From positions 3,001,854 through 3,065,853 of the forward strand of contig NW_019091361.1 of the NCBI RefSeq assembly GCF_001949145.1: a stretch of DNA of 64,000 bases, read 5' to 3'. This document shows, in pieces, positions 62,520 through 64,000 of this stretch. The first letter of the stretch is position 1. The number at the start of each line of letters is the position of its first letter. Source of the stretch: Acanthaster planci. Its lineage: Eukaryota. The notes under the pieces were generated by a model. It was not told the origin of the DNA, ran no database searches, and saw only the letters and a program-made list of their open reading frames with translations. A program made the position numbers and the translations under genes.

Positions 62520-63098
62520 TTAACCACTTCCTGCTGGGGATGCTTTATATGCGTGCCCGGGGTCTGCGAACTCGGACAAAAGGAACAGGGCCTTGTAACA
62601 AAAGACCGTACTCGGAACAAAAGCCCAGGCTGCTGGGAATTACCAACATTTTTTTCACTCTCAATATTGGAGATAATTCAGCCTTGTTTTGAAACAGTAT
62701 ACCACGGTTAGGGGCATTGAGAGCGAGCAGATTACCACTGGGGACAAAAGCGCTCCACCACCACAGCGATGAGCCACACAACACCGCTGCATGCTAATCT
62801 GGCCCCTATTAAAAAGAGGTCAGCAGGGTACTGAGCCAGGTTCGTGAGCAAAAGAAAGTTATATAACACCGCACAATCTGGGCACTTTTTACAAGGCTGC
62901 AGGCCTGGCTGAAATACTCGGGTGTCGATAGATTTTGTCTGTCAGGCTAGAGTGGACACCAGACAGTCCTTCACGTGTTTGTAAGTGTCCAGTAAATGAA
63001 GATGGGAATTTTTAAAGAATTTTGAAAACAGAAAAAAATGATAAATATCCCGCCCCAGCATCATCAACATTGATAACTGCCTGGCAGGGAGTGGTTAA
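62520..63098 (+). mobile_element. Family A TTAA-flanked MITE just downstream of the VPS33B stop codon (probable 3' UTR)
   Basis: TTAA-CCACTTCCTGC ... GGCAGGGAGTGG-TTAA, starting 66 nt after the TAA at 62453. Confidence 0.9.
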
Positions 63099-63349
63099 GA
63101 CACAAAATTATGTGTAGAGTGTGGGGCTATTCCATACCAACTGTCCATGTACACCAGCGCACACACCTGCCAGTTTCCTTTCCAACAATGGCAATTCTTA
63201 TGTCGCAACTCTCTCTACGTACAGCTCTGCCCACTTGGTGTGAACACCTCCCTCTGTTGCCAGCTTCCAGTTAGTGTGCCAATGAGGGAACAGCACTGAA
63301 ATTTTGCGTGAAAACTATAGCAGCTTGGTGACCTATAATCTGGTTGGGG

Positions 63350-63518
63350 GGTTTTGTTGAGCCCATCACAAGTTATCCATTCTGTGAGCAAAGTCACAAG
63401 CTATTCAGATGCACTGTGGAAAAAGCATTCTTTTGTCTGTCATTGTTCATCCTACGACTTGTGAAAGGGTTTTTGAAAGGATTTGTCACTGTACTTGCGA
63501 TGGACTCAACTACAGCCC
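63350..63518 (+). mobile_element. Short MITE (family D) copy 2
   Basis: TTGAGCCCATCACAAGT ... ACTTGCGATGGACTCAA, with internal TCACAAGCTATTCA and AAAAGCATTC shared with 44997-45190. Confidence 0.6.
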
Positions 63519-64000
63519 TAGCTAGGTTGATGTGAATGTAATTGAAATGCTTGCGCCCTAATAGTGGAGTATCTTCTTCTGTCATACCCTAGTAGTAAAG
63601 TTCAATCAGGCTTAGGCCTGTTTCATTTCAGTACGCACTTCAGCTTGTGCTTCCATTTTGTCTTTAAAATATTTATTCTTTCGAGGAATCATGATTTAGA
63701 AATTCAGCAGCAGCTGACGCGGCATTGTATGTATGTAGTTAGGGGAACTCTCAGCATTTAGTCCTTGGATTCACTGGAAGTTTTATGCAAGGTTATTATG
63801 CAACTAGCAAGCGTTCTACTGATCAGAGTTCGTCAAACTGTGGTGAAACACATTCCCTGATTGGACTGAGACTTGCCCATTGCTTTGTCAGTATTGCAGT
63901 ATTTGGAATGCCTATCTTGTTATCCAGATCACATATTTAAACGTCACTCACTTCAGTCTTTTTGCCTTTTTTTGATTCAAGTGAAATGAAAATTGATAGA

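Overview
Eukaryotic, intron-rich draft-assembly sequence with 4 N-gaps. It is an invertebrate animal, and I infer an echinoderm-like deuterostome from gene and repeat style; this is not proven. I reconstructed five spliced protein-coding genes by hand using GT-AG junctions and phase checks: the 5' part of EFL1 (ribosome-maturation GTPase, minus strand, running off the left edge), a complete 5-exon clan-2/CYP2-like cytochrome P450, a divergent 13-exon PDIA3/ERp57-like disulfide isomerase, a 5-exon single-MAM-domain type I membrane protein, and a complete 20-exon VPS33B. Non-coding space is dense in non-autonomous DNA transposons, tRNA-derived SINE pieces and one LINE 3' fragment. The most notable points are: two apparent +1 T insertions in the PDIA3-like gene (one could be rescued by a tandem acceptor 4 nt downstream, the other removes a TDEL-stop) plus a CGQC second active site; five copies of one TTAA-flanked MITE in both orientations within the VPS33B locus; a perfect 51-bp hairpin in VPS33B intron 10; and an ITIM-like motif in the MAM protein tail. 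I found no convincing evidence of a novel multi-gene system.
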